A stretch of 64,000 nt of DNA. It comes from an uncultured Methanosarcinales archaeon (GTDB taxonomy: Archaea > Nanobdellota > Nanobdellia > Woesearchaeales > GW2011-AR9). Location of the stretch: positions 88,664-152,663 of the forward strand of contig CAYFMJ010000001.1 of NCBI GenBank assembly GCA_964344235.1, written 5' to 3'. Numbering within the stretch: the stretch's first letter is position 1; the number at the start of each line of letters is the position of its first letter. Below are positions 1 to 8,783 of the stretch, piece after piece. Below the pieces are notes generated by a model, which saw only the letters and a list, made by a program, of their open reading frames with translations, was not told where the DNA came from and did no database searches. The translations under genes were made by a program, and so were the position numbers.

Positions 1-26
1 AGTTGATTTTATTAATCACTCATTGA

Positions 27-557
27 GTGAACCAGAAAAGTTCTAAGATGGCTGCTAAGAAAAAGAAAAGTAGTACGAAAAAGAAGAGTATACCTAGAAA
101 GAGAACTACTGCTAAGAAAAAAACAGTCAAAGCAGTAAAAGAGCCAGAATATATGGTGCAAGTATCTGATCCGAAAATGATTCGGAAGGATTTGCTCGAG
201 TCATTACGAGAAGTTATTATCTTTATGCAGGGGTATGAAAAGTTTCGAAGTATGCAACAAGAGAAGGTTGCCTTGTTTACTGCGTTGAAAACAGAGGTTA
301 AAGAGTTACATGCATTAAATGAGAAGTTGCGGAAGAAACTGCCGAAAGGGAAGTTACAACCAGTTACAGCGGAGCAACAACAGAAAAAGAATGTTGAGGA
401 AGCTGTACAGGAGATGCCAGAGGAAGTTCCTGAAGAACATCATGAAGAGCCGGTAGCGGCGCCACCTGCTCCTGAACCAGCAGCACCGCCGAGTGGTTTA
501 GCTGCGTTAGAGTCGCAATTGCAGGATATTGAGCAGCAGTTGCAGAATATTCGGTAA
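27..557 (+). CDS. Hypothetical protein with a Lys-rich basic N-terminal tail and a coiled-coil, Gln/Pro-rich C-terminus
   Basis: Track ORF. The N-terminus is KKKKSSTKKK... low-complexity basic. The middle region has a heptad-like pattern. No recognisable catalytic motif. Confidence 0.4.
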   Translation: MNQKSSKMAAKKKKSSTKKKSIPRKRTTAKKKTVKAVKEPEYMVQVSDPKMIRKDLLESLREVIIFMQGYEKFRSMQQEKVALFTALKTEVKELHALNEKLRKKLPKGKLQPVTAEQQQKKNVEEAVQEMPEEVPEEHHEEPVAAPPAPEPAAPPSGLAALESQLQDIEQQLQNIR

Positions 558-608
558 ATTATATTCTTTATTTACGATTTTATTATATTGTAAAAGTGTT
601 TTGATAGT

Positions 609-1076
609 ATGCACGATGCAACACTCTGTATTCCCCTCGAAGAGGAGCACATTCGTTTAGCAATGAAAAAGCGAGGTTTTGGCGCAGGCCGGTATAATGG
701 ATATGGAGGAAAACCAGAGGCCGGGGAATCTATTGAAGATGCTGCAGTGAGAGAGTTCTATGAAGAGTCTGGTGTAAGAGTTAAGAAAGAGGATTTAGTA
801 AAGGTAGGAGAGGTAGAATTTTACTTTCCCCATAAACCAAACTGGGATCAAAAAGTTCATATCTATACCGTTCGTCAATGGGAGGGGGATTTTGTAGAGA
901 CGGAAGAGATGAGGCCAGGAAGATTTCATCATTCGGAAATTCCATATTCCCAAATGTGGCCGGACGATGAGTTTTGGTTACCACATGTTCTTGCTGGGAA
1001 GTATGTGATGGGGAGTATTGTATTTGGAGAAGGAGATACGATTCTTGAGAATCGGTTGGAGATAAGGGAGAGTTAA
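609..1076 (+). CDS. Nudix hydrolase (MutT/8-oxo-dGTPase-like)
   Basis: Nudix box GGKPEAGESIEDAAVREFYEESG (Gx5Ex7REUxEExGU) in a 155 aa protein. Confidence 0.7.
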   Translation: MHDATLCIPLEEEHIRLAMKKRGFGAGRYNGYGGKPEAGESIEDAAVREFYEESGVRVKKEDLVKVGEVEFYFPHKPNWDQKVHIYTVRQWEGDFVETEEMRPGRFHHSEIPYSQMWPDDEFWLPHVLAGKYVMGSIVFGEGDTILENRLEIRES

Positions 1077-1990
1077 GCACTATACGCATCCATTACTTGT
1101 AATACTACTTGAGGATTTGTTGTTGGAAGAGAGTGTGGTGCGCCTGGAACAACATCGATATCAAGTTCACCCACTACTAATCCCCTAACGATTGGTTCTG
1201 CTTTTGTAGGCACAACCATTGCATCTTTGCTACCATAAATCATGTGGGTTGGAACGTAAAAACCACCTAATTGCTCAGAAACATCAAAGCCAATAGCGAC
1301 CCTACCCATAACATTATTTGCTCTGATTCTATGCCACGGTTGATCTACTATTGTTTTCAGAACTGCCAATTCTGATGCGCCTTCCAATTGTGACTGGTCT
1401 GGATATGATCTTTTTGTTCCTCTTAGCAAATGTCCAAGACCGGTTATTGCAAACCCTGGCCATTCAAGCACATAACGACCAACTTTGTCAAAAAAGTGAT
1501 ACAGAGCAACATTTGGTGCGGTGTCTTTAAAGTTAGGTGCAGTGCAGATACCCGTTAGTTTTGAAGCATTTTTGGTACGAGAAATATAATCAACAGCCGG
1601 CATAAAACCGAAACTTGTTGCAACAAATTCTGGCCTCTCTATACCCTTACGAGCTAAAATCATTTCAAGGTCTTGAGAGTGTCTTTCTAACTCATAAAAT
1701 TCTGGTTTCGTGGGAGCATCAGAATAACCAAAGCCACGTGGGTCAAACGTTAGAGTTGGGTGACCCCTTTCATTCAGGCCCGCTTCTAGTCGTTCAAGGG
1801 AACTATGGTTCATGGAAGATCCAGGACACAATACTACCATTTTCTTGTTCATGCCACTGCCAGAATTTATCCAATAAAATACTTCTACTCCGTCCTCAGC
1901 AACAATTTTTTGATTAGGTTGTTTCATAGAGTGATTTAGGAGGTGGTTTTTATAAGATTTGTGTTTGTAATCATTGTGGAGTGGTTTCAA
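1073..1990 (-). CDS. Alpha/beta-fold hydrolase (proline iminopeptidase/esterase-like)
   Basis: Typical a/b-hydrolase N-terminus (VVLCPGSSMNHSSLERL...FDPRGFGYSD). A nucleophile-elbow-like VATSFG. 305 aa. Confidence 0.6.
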   Translation of the reverse strand: MKPLHNDYKHKSYKNHLLNHSMKQPNQKIVAEDGVEVFYWINSGSGMNKKMVVLCPGSSMNHSSLERLEAGLNERGHPTLTFDPRGFGYSDAPTKPEFYELERHSQDLEMILARKGIERPEFVATSFGFMPAVDYISRTKNASKLTGICTAPNFKDTAPNVALYHFFDKVGRYVLEWPGFAITGLGHLLRGTKRSYPDQSQLEGASELAVLKTIVDQPWHRIRANNVMGRVAIGFDVSEQLGGFYVPTHMIYGSKDAMVVPTKAEPIVRGLVVGELDIDVVPGAPHSLPTTNPQVVLQVMDAYSA

Positions 1991-2038
1991 TTTTATTTTA
2001 GTTACTTTTATAAAATAATCATAGTTGAAATGTTCTAT

Positions 2039-2229
2039 GCGGACGTGCCGGAGAACTCACTTCGTTCGTGCTCCAACAAACGAAGTTTGTCCGGAGTGGT
2101 CAAACGGGACGGTTCGTTTGGCATTACGGTGCCAAGTGAGTCCATACTCAAATGCTAAAACCATTTCCTGATTTAGCGTAGAGCTATCCGTTGGTTTAGT
2201 ACCTACGCAGGTTCGAACCCTGCCGTCCG
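2039..2229 (+). tRNA. Intron-containing tRNA of about 190 nt; identity and anticodon not resolved
   Basis: 5' acceptor gcggacg pairs perfectly with 3' cgtccgc, followed by discriminator a. The T-arm is gcagg-TTCGAAC-cctgc immediately upstream of the 3' acceptor strand. A D-loop-like TGGTCAAA segment is present. The total span is too long for a mature tRNA, implying at least one long intron or non-canonical introns. Confidence 0.5.
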
Positions 2230-2314
2230 CACTTTATTATTGTATTCTTTCTTCTTAATTCAACTTTTAAATTGTAATTTTAGCCACTGGTCACTGGACA
2301 ACCACTAGCAGAGT

Positions 2315-2323
2315 TTATATACA
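2315..2323 (+). promoter_or_regulatory. TATA box (tttatatac) about 33 nt upstream of the LAGLIDADG gene start
   Basis: AT-rich TATA-like octamer at the expected archaeal distance from the ATG at 2357. Confidence 0.35.
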
Positions 2324-2356
2324 AAATCACTTACGAAGTTTCACAGTACCAAGATT

Positions 2357-3112
2357 ATGAATACAAAAATAAATCCGGAGGTTGCAGAGATCCTAGGAGC
2401 CTTTATAGGAGATGGGTGGCTTGAAAGCTCATTAGGTGCGATCTACATTACGGGTGATAAAACTGAGGATAAAGAGTATTATGATGCATTTTTAGGCCCT
2501 TTGTTTAGTGAACACTTTTCTCCCGTCACACCACAGCAATTCCCGTACTGGAATGTATATGGAATTGGTTCTTCTAAGAAAATAGCAATTGAGAAGTGCT
2601 TGAGTCTCGGTTTTCAACCAGGAAGTAAAGCACTCGTTGCAAAAATGCCAGACTTTATTATGAAAACACAAAATGTTGAGGTTAAGAAAGCTATTCTAAG
2701 GGGTATCTTTGACGCTGATGGATGTATATGGTTTGATAGATCAAGAGCCAAGACATCTAACGAATGGAAGAGAAAATATCATTATATTCCAATTATAGAA
2801 ATTTCCTCTTGTTCACAAAATTTATTACAACAAATGAAAGAAATCCTAACTACTTTTGGAATAGAATCACTTATTATACTAAAGAGTAAAGCGGGAAGAA
2901 AATTCAATAGGAATCGACATGATTCTTTCTCTTTAAAAATAAGGAAAATTGACCATGTTAAAAAATGGTTCAGTATTATTGGTTCTAGTAATTCAAGACA
3001 CCAAACGAGGTATGCTGTTTGGAAAAAATTCGGCTTTCTTCCGCCAAGGACAAATATTAACCAAAGAAAGCAAATTTTAGCGGGGAAATTAGATCCTAAG
3101 AGTTTCTATTAA
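2357..3112 (+). CDS. Free-standing double-motif LAGLIDADG homing endonuclease
   Basis: Two LAGLIDADG motifs: ILGAFIGDGWLE and ILRGIFDADGCIW. 251 aa. It has its own TATA box and is not embedded in an intein or an obvious intron. Confidence 0.8.
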   Translation: MNTKINPEVAEILGAFIGDGWLESSLGAIYITGDKTEDKEYYDAFLGPLFSEHFSPVTPQQFPYWNVYGIGSSKKIAIEKCLSLGFQPGSKALVAKMPDFIMKTQNVEVKKAILRGIFDADGCIWFDRSRAKTSNEWKRKYHYIPIIEISSCSQNLLQQMKEILTTFGIESLIILKSKAGRKFNRNRHDSFSLKIRKIDHVKKWFSIIGSSNSRHQTRYAVWKKFGFLPPRTNINQRKQILAGKLDPKSFY

Positions 3113-3147
3113 GTTTCACATAGCTTTTTAAACACCCAAAGTATTCT

Positions 3148-4488
3148 TTGTGGATGCCAATTGAAGTATGCAGCATCGGTGGATTCTCGAAAACAGAAGG
3201 GAATTCCGTTGCGATTAAAGTTGATGATGAAGTTGTTATTCTTGATATGGGTTTAGGGATGGAGTCGTACATCAAGTATCAGGAAGACCGCGAAGATGTC
3301 AAGAGCGAGAAGGATTACAAAGATCTTGTAAAAGTTGGTGCGGTTCCTAATTATAGTTTCATTGCTGATTGGAAAAGCATGGTTAAGGCGATCGTGCCAA
3401 GCCATGGTCACCTCGACCACGTAGGGGCGATTCCGTTTGGTGCGCATTTATTCCCGACTGCCCCCGTGGTGTCAACACCGTATAGTATTGAGGTGCTGAA
3501 AAGTATTTTATGGGATGAGCACATTAAGTTACGGAATGAATTAGTAACGATTCAATTAAATGGTTTGTATAAAGTGTCTGACAAGATTACATTAGAGTTC
3601 ATTAATGTGACACATTCTATTCCACACACGGCAATAATCTGCGTGCATACCCCATATGGCAAGGTGTTATATGCTAATGATTACAAGTTTGATAGACAAC
3701 CAGTGATTGGAAAGAAGCCAAACTTTGCACGGTTGAAAGAGTTAGGAGATGAAGGAGTTGCGTTACTTATTGTGAACTGTTTATATGCGCACGCGCAAAA
3801 GAAAACCCCCTCTGAATCAGTTGCACGACAAATGTTGAAAGATGTGGTGTTGGGAGTAGAGACGGAAGGAAAAGCGATGATTGTGACAACGTTTAGTAGT
3901 CATTTAGCAAGGCTAAAAAGTATCATCGAAATGGGGAGGAAACTAGATCGAAAAATAGTGTTTATTGGTAGGTCGCTGATGAAGTATGTGAAAGCGGCTG
4001 AAAGAATTAATTTGGTTTCGTTTACCAATCAAGTAAAGATGATGAGGCATCGGGATAAAATTGAGCAAACATTAAGGCAAGTACAAAAGAATAAAGGGAA
4101 ATATCTTATTGTCTGTACGGGCCACCAAGGGGAACCGCGAGCGGTGTTATCACGAATAGCTCGAGGGGAGCTGGACTTCAAGTTGAGTCATGGAGATGTT
4201 ATAATATTTAGTTGTCAAGTTATTCCCGTTGAAGTCAGTATCAAAAATCGTGAAAGATTGGAAAAGAGTTTACGCAATTATAATGTAAGAATCTTCAGAG
4301 ATGTCCACGTTTCCGGCCATGGGGCACTGGAAGATCATCGTGATTTATTGGAATTAGTAAAGCCAAAGGAAATTATGCCGATTCACGCCGAGAACGAGAA
4401 AGCGAAGATGCTTGCTGATTTCGCAGCGAAGTTGGGGTATAAGAAAACACATATCATGCAAGATGGTGGGAGAATAGTTGTCAAGTGA
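3148..4488 (+). CDS. Beta-CASP metallo-beta-lactamase ribonuclease (archaeal RNase J / aCPSF2-like)
   Basis: MBL motif HGHLDHVGAIP. About 446 aa, consistent with archaeal RNase J-like beta-CASP proteins. No N-terminal KH domains. Confidence 0.7.
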   Translation: MWMPIEVCSIGGFSKTEGNSVAIKVDDEVVILDMGLGMESYIKYQEDREDVKSEKDYKDLVKVGAVPNYSFIADWKSMVKAIVPSHGHLDHVGAIPFGAHLFPTAPVVSTPYSIEVLKSILWDEHIKLRNELVTIQLNGLYKVSDKITLEFINVTHSIPHTAIICVHTPYGKVLYANDYKFDRQPVIGKKPNFARLKELGDEGVALLIVNCLYAHAQKKTPSESVARQMLKDVVLGVETEGKAMIVTTFSSHLARLKSIIEMGRKLDRKIVFIGRSLMKYVKAAERINLVSFTNQVKMMRHRDKIEQTLRQVQKNKGKYLIVCTGHQGEPRAVLSRIARGELDFKLSHGDVIIFSCQVIPVEVSIKNRERLEKSLRNYNVRIFRDVHVSGHGALEDHRDLLELVKPKEIMPIHAENEKAKMLADFAAKLGYKKTHIMQDGGRIVVK

Positions 4489-4541
4489 TTTATCACCTTT
4501 CGGTGCCGATTTCTCTATGAAACTACTGGACAACAACAAAT

Positions 4542-4550
4542 CTTATAAAT
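4542..4550 (+). promoter_or_regulatory. TATA box (cttataaat) upstream of the PCNA gene
   Basis: Canonical archaeal TATA about 37 nt upstream of the ATG at 4587. A Shine-Dalgarno-like gagggtg follows. Confidence 0.4.
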
Positions 4551-4586
4551 GGTTTTGACTCGGAGAGAGAGTAGAGGGTGTGAATC

Positions 4587-5333
4587 ATGAAATTAGTCTT
4601 AGCAGAACCACGATATTTTAAGGATAGTATTTCTATTGTTTCAGAATTAGTTACGGAGGCGAAGTTTAAGATTGGGAAGGATGGATTAGAGTTAGTGGCG
4701 ATGGATCCCGCGAACGTGGCGATGGTGGTGTTTAAATTATTAAGTAGTTCTTTTACACAGTATGAAGTTTCTGAACCAGAAGAAGTAGCAATTAATTTAG
4801 GGAATTTAAAACAGATTCTGCGAAGGGCGAAGGGTGATGATGTTTTAACCCTTGAAACTACGGAGGATAATAAATTAAAGATTCAGATGAAAAGTGGAAC
4901 GACACGTTCATTTTCAATTCCAACGTTAGAGATTGAGGATAAGGAGCAGCGTGTGCCAGATTTAACATTTCCCATTACAGTTACTATGACTGCAGATATG
5001 CTAGCTGAAGCGGTTGAAGACGTTTCCGTTGTTGCGGAGTCGGTGACGTTTCTGGGAGAGAAGCAACAATTATTAGTGAAAGCAGAAGGGGATTTATCAA
5101 AAGCGTTTATTGAAATTAAGCCGAATGATACGGCTGCCATTGTAGCGGAAGCAGATACCAAGTATAAAGCAAAGTATTCTTTGGAGTATCTGAAGAAAAT
5201 GATTTCCGGTGGGAAGTTAACTGACCAAGTAACTTTACAGTTTAACACGGATTATCCAATGAAGTTAGAATATAAGTTAACGGACAGGTTGTTGTTAAGT
5301 TTTATTCTCGCTCCTCGAGTCGATAATGATTAG
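4587..5333 (+). CDS. pcn: DNA polymerase sliding clamp PCNA
   Basis: 248 aa. The N-terminus MKLVLAEPRYFKDSISIVSELVTEAKFKI...GLELVAMDPANVAMVVFKL matches the archaeal PCNA architecture. Confidence 0.85.
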   Translation: MKLVLAEPRYFKDSISIVSELVTEAKFKIGKDGLELVAMDPANVAMVVFKLLSSSFTQYEVSEPEEVAINLGNLKQILRRAKGDDVLTLETTEDNKLKIQMKSGTTRSFSIPTLEIEDKEQRVPDLTFPITVTMTADMLAEAVEDVSVVAESVTFLGEKQQLLVKAEGDLSKAFIEIKPNDTAAIVAEADTKYKAKYSLEYLKKMISGGKLTDQVTLQFNTDYPMKLEYKLTDRLLLSFILAPRVDND

Positions 5334-5364
5334 ATTTTTATAGTGGCGTTTTTTTAGGGTATTT

Positions 5365-5853
5365 ATGAGTATTACTAGTAAGAATGTTGGAGTCGGCCTA
5401 ATTGTGTTAGGAATCGTGTTAATTAGTATTCTTTCGTTAGTGAAAATTAACTTTGATAGTCAGGCTGTGTTCCTCTGCCAGGCTGTAAGTAACGATCCAG
5501 GAGTTGAGATGGCTGACTGTCCGGCTCATACAAGTAATATCCCTTGGTTAGTTACGGTTGGATTCGGTGTGGCGTTTCTGGTGTTGGCAGCAGGGATTTA
5601 TCTGTTTGTTGCCAGTCGAGGAGTAGTGCAGAAGAGAGAGGTTAGCGTGGTGGATACAAAACACTTTTCTGAAGAAGAGAAACAGATAGTTAGTATTTTG
5701 GCTGAACGGGGTTCAATGTATCAGAGTGACTTGATTAAGGAGACTGGCTTTAGTAAAGTGAAAATAACGAGATTATTAGATAAATTAGAGCATGATGATA
5801 GAATCCTCGAGCGAAAGCGGCGGGGGATGGCGAATATTGTTGTGTTAAAGTGA
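5365..5853 (+). CDS. Membrane-anchored winged-helix (MarR/PadR-like) transcriptional regulator
   Basis: Two N-terminal TM helices, then a cytoplasmic wHTH (QIVSILAERGSMYQSDLIKETGFSKVKITRLLDKLEHDDRILER). Confidence 0.5.
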   Translation: MSITSKNVGVGLIVLGIVLISILSLVKINFDSQAVFLCQAVSNDPGVEMADCPAHTSNIPWLVTVGFGVAFLVLAAGIYLFVASRGVVQKREVSVVDTKHFSEEEKQIVSILAERGSMYQSDLIKETGFSKVKITRLLDKLEHDDRILERKRRGMANIVVLK

Positions 5854-5855
5854 GT

Positions 5856-5871
5856 TTGAAACTAGTTTCAA
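5856..5871. promoter_or_regulatory. 16-bp perfect palindrome TTGAAACTAGTTTCAA, a candidate operator
   Basis: Perfect inverted repeat immediately after the wHTH regulator gene and about 50 nt upstream of the DUF411/CxxC-membrane/permease operon. Confidence 0.3.
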
Positions 5872-5917
5872 CAGTAGATAGTTAAGGTGTTTCTTCCATC
5901 TTTTTCTAACGAGGTTA

Positions 5918-6370
5918 ATGAAAATGAATGGAAAACTGATGATTATTGCTAGTGTAGTGTTGGTACTCTTTCTTGTCGGATGTAACTCTGAAACGGGAAG
6001 CGAAACGAAAGCGGTTGTGTTTAAATCAGCGAGTTGTGGGTGCTGTGGGATTTATGCTGAGTATATGGATCATAAAGGTTTTGATGTGAACGTGGAGACA
6101 ACGGAGTTAATGGGCCAGGTAAAACAGAAATATGACGTGCCATCACATTTGGAAAGTTGTCATACAACTGATGTTGGTGGTTATTTCGTTGAGGGGCATA
6201 TCCCAGTTGAGGCCATTGAGAAGCTGCTTACAGAAAAACCAGAGATTGCGGGAATTGCGATGCCAGGAATGCCTTCGGGAAGTCCGGGAATGCCTGGGCC
6301 AAAGGATGAAATATGGACTATTTATGCAGTGCATCATAATGGAAGTATAAGTGAGTTCATGAAAATTTGA
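5918..6370 (+). CDS. Secreted lipoprotein of the DUF411 family (metal/copper-binding)
   Basis: Lipobox LVGC. SASCGCCGIY, HxxC and Met/Pro-rich GMPSGSPGMPGP motifs are typical of DUF411. Confidence 0.5.
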   Translation: MKMNGKLMIIASVVLVLFLVGCNSETGSETKAVVFKSASCGCCGIYAEYMDHKGFDVNVETTELMGQVKQKYDVPSHLESCHTTDVGGYFVEGHIPVEAIEKLLTEKPEIAGIAMPGMPSGSPGMPGPKDEIWTIYAVHHNGSISEFMKI

Positions 6371-6376
6371 GGTGGG

Positions 6377-6892
6377 ATGATGAAGTTCAAAACAATTTCG
6401 TGGGGTACGTTGTTCTTGTTGTTGCCCTTCTCGGTAAAAGCGCATTGTCCTCTTTGTACAATAGGTGTAGCTGCTGCTGCAGGCGGAGCTGCGTATCTTG
6501 GAGTGCACGTTGCAGTGATTGGGTTGTTTGTTGGGGCATTTGCTGTGTCAACTGGTTGGTGGGCTTCACGGTGGTTGAAGAAGCAATGTGTGCCATTTCA
6601 GAAAACGTTGATTATAGTAGCGGCGTTTTTACTCACTGTAATTCCGATTCTGCCATTGATCGAAAGTTCATATCCTTTGTATATCCCCTGGTTGGGCGTG
6701 TATGGAACAACACTTGTTGTGAATAGTGCTTTGGTAACGAGTCTTTTAGGGGGTTTGGTAGTTGCAGGCGCGCCGTCTTTGAGCAAGAAGATCAGTGGGT
6801 TGCGAGAGGGTAAGATGATTCCATTTCAGGGAGTTTTGTTGACGTTAGCATTGCTCGCTGTTGTAGGGGTGTTGATCCAGGTGGTGATGTAA
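6377..6892 (+). CDS. Polytopic membrane protein with an N-terminal signal peptide and a CxxC (HCPLC) motif
   Basis: Hydrophobic profile. CPLC right after the signal region. Starts 7 nt after the previous gene, so it is in an operon. Confidence 0.4.
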   Translation: MMKFKTISWGTLFLLLPFSVKAHCPLCTIGVAAAAGGAAYLGVHVAVIGLFVGAFAVSTGWWASRWLKKQCVPFQKTLIIVAAFLLTVIPILPLIESSYPLYIPWLGVYGTTLVVNSALVTSLLGGLVVAGAPSLSKKISGLREGKMIPFQGVLLTLALLAVVGVLIQVVM

Positions 6893-7342
6893 ATGGAAGA
6901 GGTCTTTGTTATTTTTGTGAGTATAATTTCACTATTCTTGTTATTGCTAGTGGTTAAACAGTTTTTGCCTCAAAGCATTAAAGAGCGGTTGTGTGTTCTC
7001 TGTGCAGGTGTTTCTCTCACGTGGATTGCTCTGTTAGTGTTTTACTATCTTGGGGTCTTTGAAAGTAAAATATTAATTGCTTTGTTAATGGGAAATACAA
7101 TGCTAGGCATTTTTTACCTTGTTGAGAAGAAAGTGCAAGAAGAGTTGAAAGTGTTTCGGTTGCCGTTCTATCTGACGTTGTTGTTTATTGCAGTTGGGTT
7201 GCTGCAGATACAGGTGTCCTTTGGAGTTGTGGTGTTACTCGGAGCAGTATGGGCTGTGTTTTTAGGTTTGTATTTGTTTAAGCAAAATGCTACAGTACAT
7301 AGGACTGTGAAAAAAATCATTGAATGTTGTAAAAATTGGTAA
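6893..7342 (+). CDS. Small polytopic membrane protein
   Basis: Four predicted TM helices. Starts 1 nt after the upstream stop. Confidence 0.35.
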   Translation: MEEVFVIFVSIISLFLLLLVVKQFLPQSIKERLCVLCAGVSLTWIALLVFYYLGVFESKILIALLMGNTMLGIFYLVEKKVQEELKVFRLPFYLTLLFIAVGLLQIQVSFGVVVLLGAVWAVFLGLYLFKQNATVHRTVKKIIECCKNW

Positions 7343-7373
7343 AGCATAAATAGAAAATAATATTGGTGAGATT

Positions 7374-8384
7374 ATGGGAAGCGATTGTTGTCATACGGGC
7401 GGAGATTGGTATAAAGAGAAGTTCTGGATTGTCACGTTTATTGTGATTGCAGTGTTAGTTGTATCACATCTTGTTCCGTTTTTGAATCCTGTGCTTGATG
7501 CGTTTGTGGATTATCTGCAAATTATCTGGTGGGCGGTGTTGTTAGGGTTGTTTTTAGGTGGCGTAATAGATAGGTTTGTGCCGGATGAATATGTAGCAAA
7601 GTTTTTATCGAAACCAAAAAAAACGACGATTTTTAACGCTGCCATTTTAGGTTTTTTAATGTCGGCATGCAGTCATGGGATTTTAGCTATCGCAATTCAG
7701 TTGTATAAGAAAGGAGCTTCTGTTCCGGCAGTGATTGCGTTTCTGTTAGCATCACCATGGGCGAACTTGCCGATAACGATTCTATTATTTGGATTTTTTG
7801 GGGTGAAAGCGTTGTTGTTAATTGTGGCGGCAGTTATTATTGCAATTATTACGGGGTTTGTCTATCAGTTATTGGATAAAAAAGGCTGGATTGAGAAAGC
7901 GCCAGAAGTTATAATGCGGGATTTTGCGTTGAAAGAAGATGTGAAGAAGCGGTGGCAGAGTTATTCATTTGATTTTAGAAAGGATGTTGGTGGCGTGTTG
8001 AAGGGTATGTGGTCATTAAACAAAATGGTAACGTGGTGGATTTTGCTTGGCATGTTAGCAGCGTCATTTGTAAGAGCATTTGTGCCGACACACCTCTTTC
8101 ACCAATATATGGGTGCAACGTTTCTAGGGATGGTGGTTGTATTAATAGTAGCAACGATTATTGAAGTGTGCTCTGAGGGGAGTAGCCCTTTAGCATTTGA
8201 AATTTATAATCAAACAGGGGCGTTTGGAAATAGTTTTGTGTTCTTAATGGCAGGTGTGGCTACAGATTATACAGAAATTGGTTTGCTATGGAGTAATATC
8301 GGGAAGAAAACGGCATTGTGGTTGCCAGTAATTACTGTACCGCAGATTTTAGTTGTTGGGTACTTGTTGAATGTGTTACTTTAA
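7374..8384 (+). CDS. Two-repeat permease (DUF318/YraQ-like) with an N-terminal CCH metal-binding motif
   Basis: N-terminus MGSDCCHTGGDW. About 8-10 TM helices. Resembles the DUF318 permease family. Confidence 0.5.
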   Translation: MGSDCCHTGGDWYKEKFWIVTFIVIAVLVVSHLVPFLNPVLDAFVDYLQIIWWAVLLGLFLGGVIDRFVPDEYVAKFLSKPKKTTIFNAAILGFLMSACSHGILAIAIQLYKKGASVPAVIAFLLASPWANLPITILLFGFFGVKALLLIVAAVIIAIITGFVYQLLDKKGWIEKAPEVIMRDFALKEDVKKRWQSYSFDFRKDVGGVLKGMWSLNKMVTWWILLGMLAASFVRAFVPTHLFHQYMGATFLGMVVVLIVATIIEVCSEGSSPLAFEIYNQTGAFGNSFVFLMAGVATDYTEIGLLWSNIGKKTALWLPVITVPQILVVGYLLNVLL

Positions 8385-8746
8385 TCAAAATATTCAACGT
8401 CGTCAGAAGTAATGGTGATTTCTTTCGGTGCTGGTTTTGAGTAGGAAGGTTTCGGTTTTTCTTGGGTTGTTGAGGTCGGTGCGTCTTTCATCGTTATGTC
8501 TTTAATTTGCATTGCTTTTTGAAAATTAAAGTTGCCACAATTAATGCAGTTAAAGTATGCTCCAAATTTGCCAACACGTTGTTCTAGCCAGGAACCGCAG
8601 GTGCATTTGATTTCTTCGAATTTGGATTTAACATGTTTTGGGCAGACTTCGATGCCCTGCTCGTTTTTTTGAGTTGCTTGTCCTTGGCAGAATGGGCAAC
8701 GGATGACTTTATAATTTCCGTATTGTTTTTTTGCTTTGAAGCGCAT
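8381..8746 (-). CDS. Zinc-ribbon protein (topoisomerase-type Zn finger)
   Basis: CPFCQG...CPKH and CTCGS...GKFGAYFNCINCGNF resemble topo I C-terminal zinc ribbons. Confidence 0.5.
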   Translation of the reverse strand: MRFKAKKQYGNYKVIRCPFCQGQATQKNEQGIEVCPKHVKSKFEEIKCTCGSWLEQRVGKFGAYFNCINCGNFNFQKAMQIKDITMKDAPTSTTQEKPKPSYSKPAPKEITITSDDVEYFD

Positions 8747-8783
8747 AAGAGAAGAGTTGTTGTTGATTTTATAAAACTAAGGG

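Noticed and set aside
1943-2158. 71-aa ORF overlapping the tRNA at 2039-2229
   Set aside because: It overlaps a region with clear tRNA acceptor and T-arm structure. The Phe/Tyr/Ile-rich product is typical of AT-rich noise.
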